In this document: piece by piece, positions 63,334 through 64,000 of the stretch
Layout: every line of letters begins with the position of its first letter
Numbering within the stretch: the stretch's first letter is position 1
NCBI GenBank assembly: GCA_013239625.1
Contig: MU053873.1
Coordinates: 1,626,524-1,690,523, forward strand
Source: Lama guanicoe
Lineage: Eukaryota
Length of the DNA: 64,000 bases
Reading direction: 5' to 3'
Translations under genes and position numbers: made by a program
Notes under the pieces: model-generated
Told to the model about the DNA's origin: nothing
The model's input: only the letters and a program-made list of their open reading frames with translations
The model's database searches: none

Positions 63334-63889
63334 AACATTATTTCAATCAAGCATTAGCTAATGCTTTATTGTTATTCTCCTCCTGTCAGCTCCTCCTAAT
63401 TTAGTTCATTGTTGATTTTTAAGCCCTAGAGAGAAAAACTCACCAGGGTTTATGGTGAGTACGGACTTTCAATTATGGTGTTTTTGAATGTTGGAAATGG
63501 CTAAGTCTAGAAGGATAGAGAATTATAGCTGGAGGAAAGTTACAAGGAGGAAAAAAGCTATTTGTCTAACTTATCTCTGAAAATGCGTCAAATAGGCAAG
63601 AGAATCTAGATTCTGTGAAATGTGAGGCCCAGGGCAGGTAGGGTTTTTCAGTTTATGGACACAGCTTTGATTTCATCTTACATCACTAAGTAATATTGTA
63701 AAACCAAGATGCATAAGGTGCCTTGCTGAGTGCTGTGTTATGCCAAGTTAATGCTCATGTTTTAACTCTGACTCCCTGTTAGAATCTCTCAGCTTGCTTC
63801 TTTTTGGACAAAGAAGAGAGAAATGGCCTCCTTTGGCCACTGGCCATGTGTCGGACACAGGGGAACGTACTGCCTGGCTGTCTGCTGCA

Positions 63890-64000
63890 TCCTCTGAGGC
63901 AGTGACTGTGGTACCCATCTTACATAGCAGAAAGCCTAACGAAACGCAGAGCCCATTAGTGAATTAACTGTGGAGGGGTCACAGCTAGTTAAATGGTGGA
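63890..64000 (-). mobile_element. MIR fragment running off the window end
   Basis: cccatcttaca ... ggtcacagctagttaaatggtgga. Confidence 0.5.

Larger units (their letters stand above)
1..64000 (+). other. TTC28: Interior of the TTC28 gene (tetratricopeptide repeat protein 28): six coding exons plus flanking large introns
   Basis: Spliced exons give one continuous frame (GIIHQMKGDYDTALKLHKTHL...EALAVAERGRTRAFADLLVERQ...GILKFHEHYLG...) that I recognise as TTC28. No other gene is detected in the window. Confidence 0.93.

Noticed and set aside
1..64000. Novel prokaryote-style system (operon, CRISPR array, defence island)
   Set aside because: The sequence is intron-rich mammalian DNA. There is no repeat-spacer array and no dense ORF packing; the only long ORFs are TTC28 exons and L1 fragments.
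52317..64000. Further TTC28 exons
   Set aside because: No ORF resembling the expected downstream peptide or a CHAT domain was found; the next exon probably lies beyond the window.

Overview
This is mammalian genomic DNA, not prokaryotic, and very probably from a camelid: two tRNA-derived SINEs match the Camelidae Vic-1 type. The window lies inside the TTC28 gene on the + strand. Six consecutive coding exons (39029-40370, 41647-42170, 45861-45970, 47693-47822, 49965-50183, 52151-52316) splice in frame with matching phases. They encode a long array of roughly 40-aa TPR repeats followed by the start of the post-TPR region. From memory of the human gene these are probably exons 7-12, but the numbering is unverified. 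Everything else is intron, filled with L1, L2, MIR, MaLR LTR, hAT/MER DNA-transposon and SINE remnants, microsatellites and one 67-nt N gap. The most notable details are: a non-canonical GC splice donor after the last exon; a very young 5'-truncated L1 with a perfect 14-bp TSD and an open ORF2 C-terminus; an inverted pair of camelid SINEs able to form dsRNA in the pre-mRNA; several nested insertions; and a 28-bp palindrome next to a Z-DNA-prone tract. I see no evidence for a new multi-gene biological system. Repeat subfamily names and most repeat boundaries were judged by eye and are approximate.
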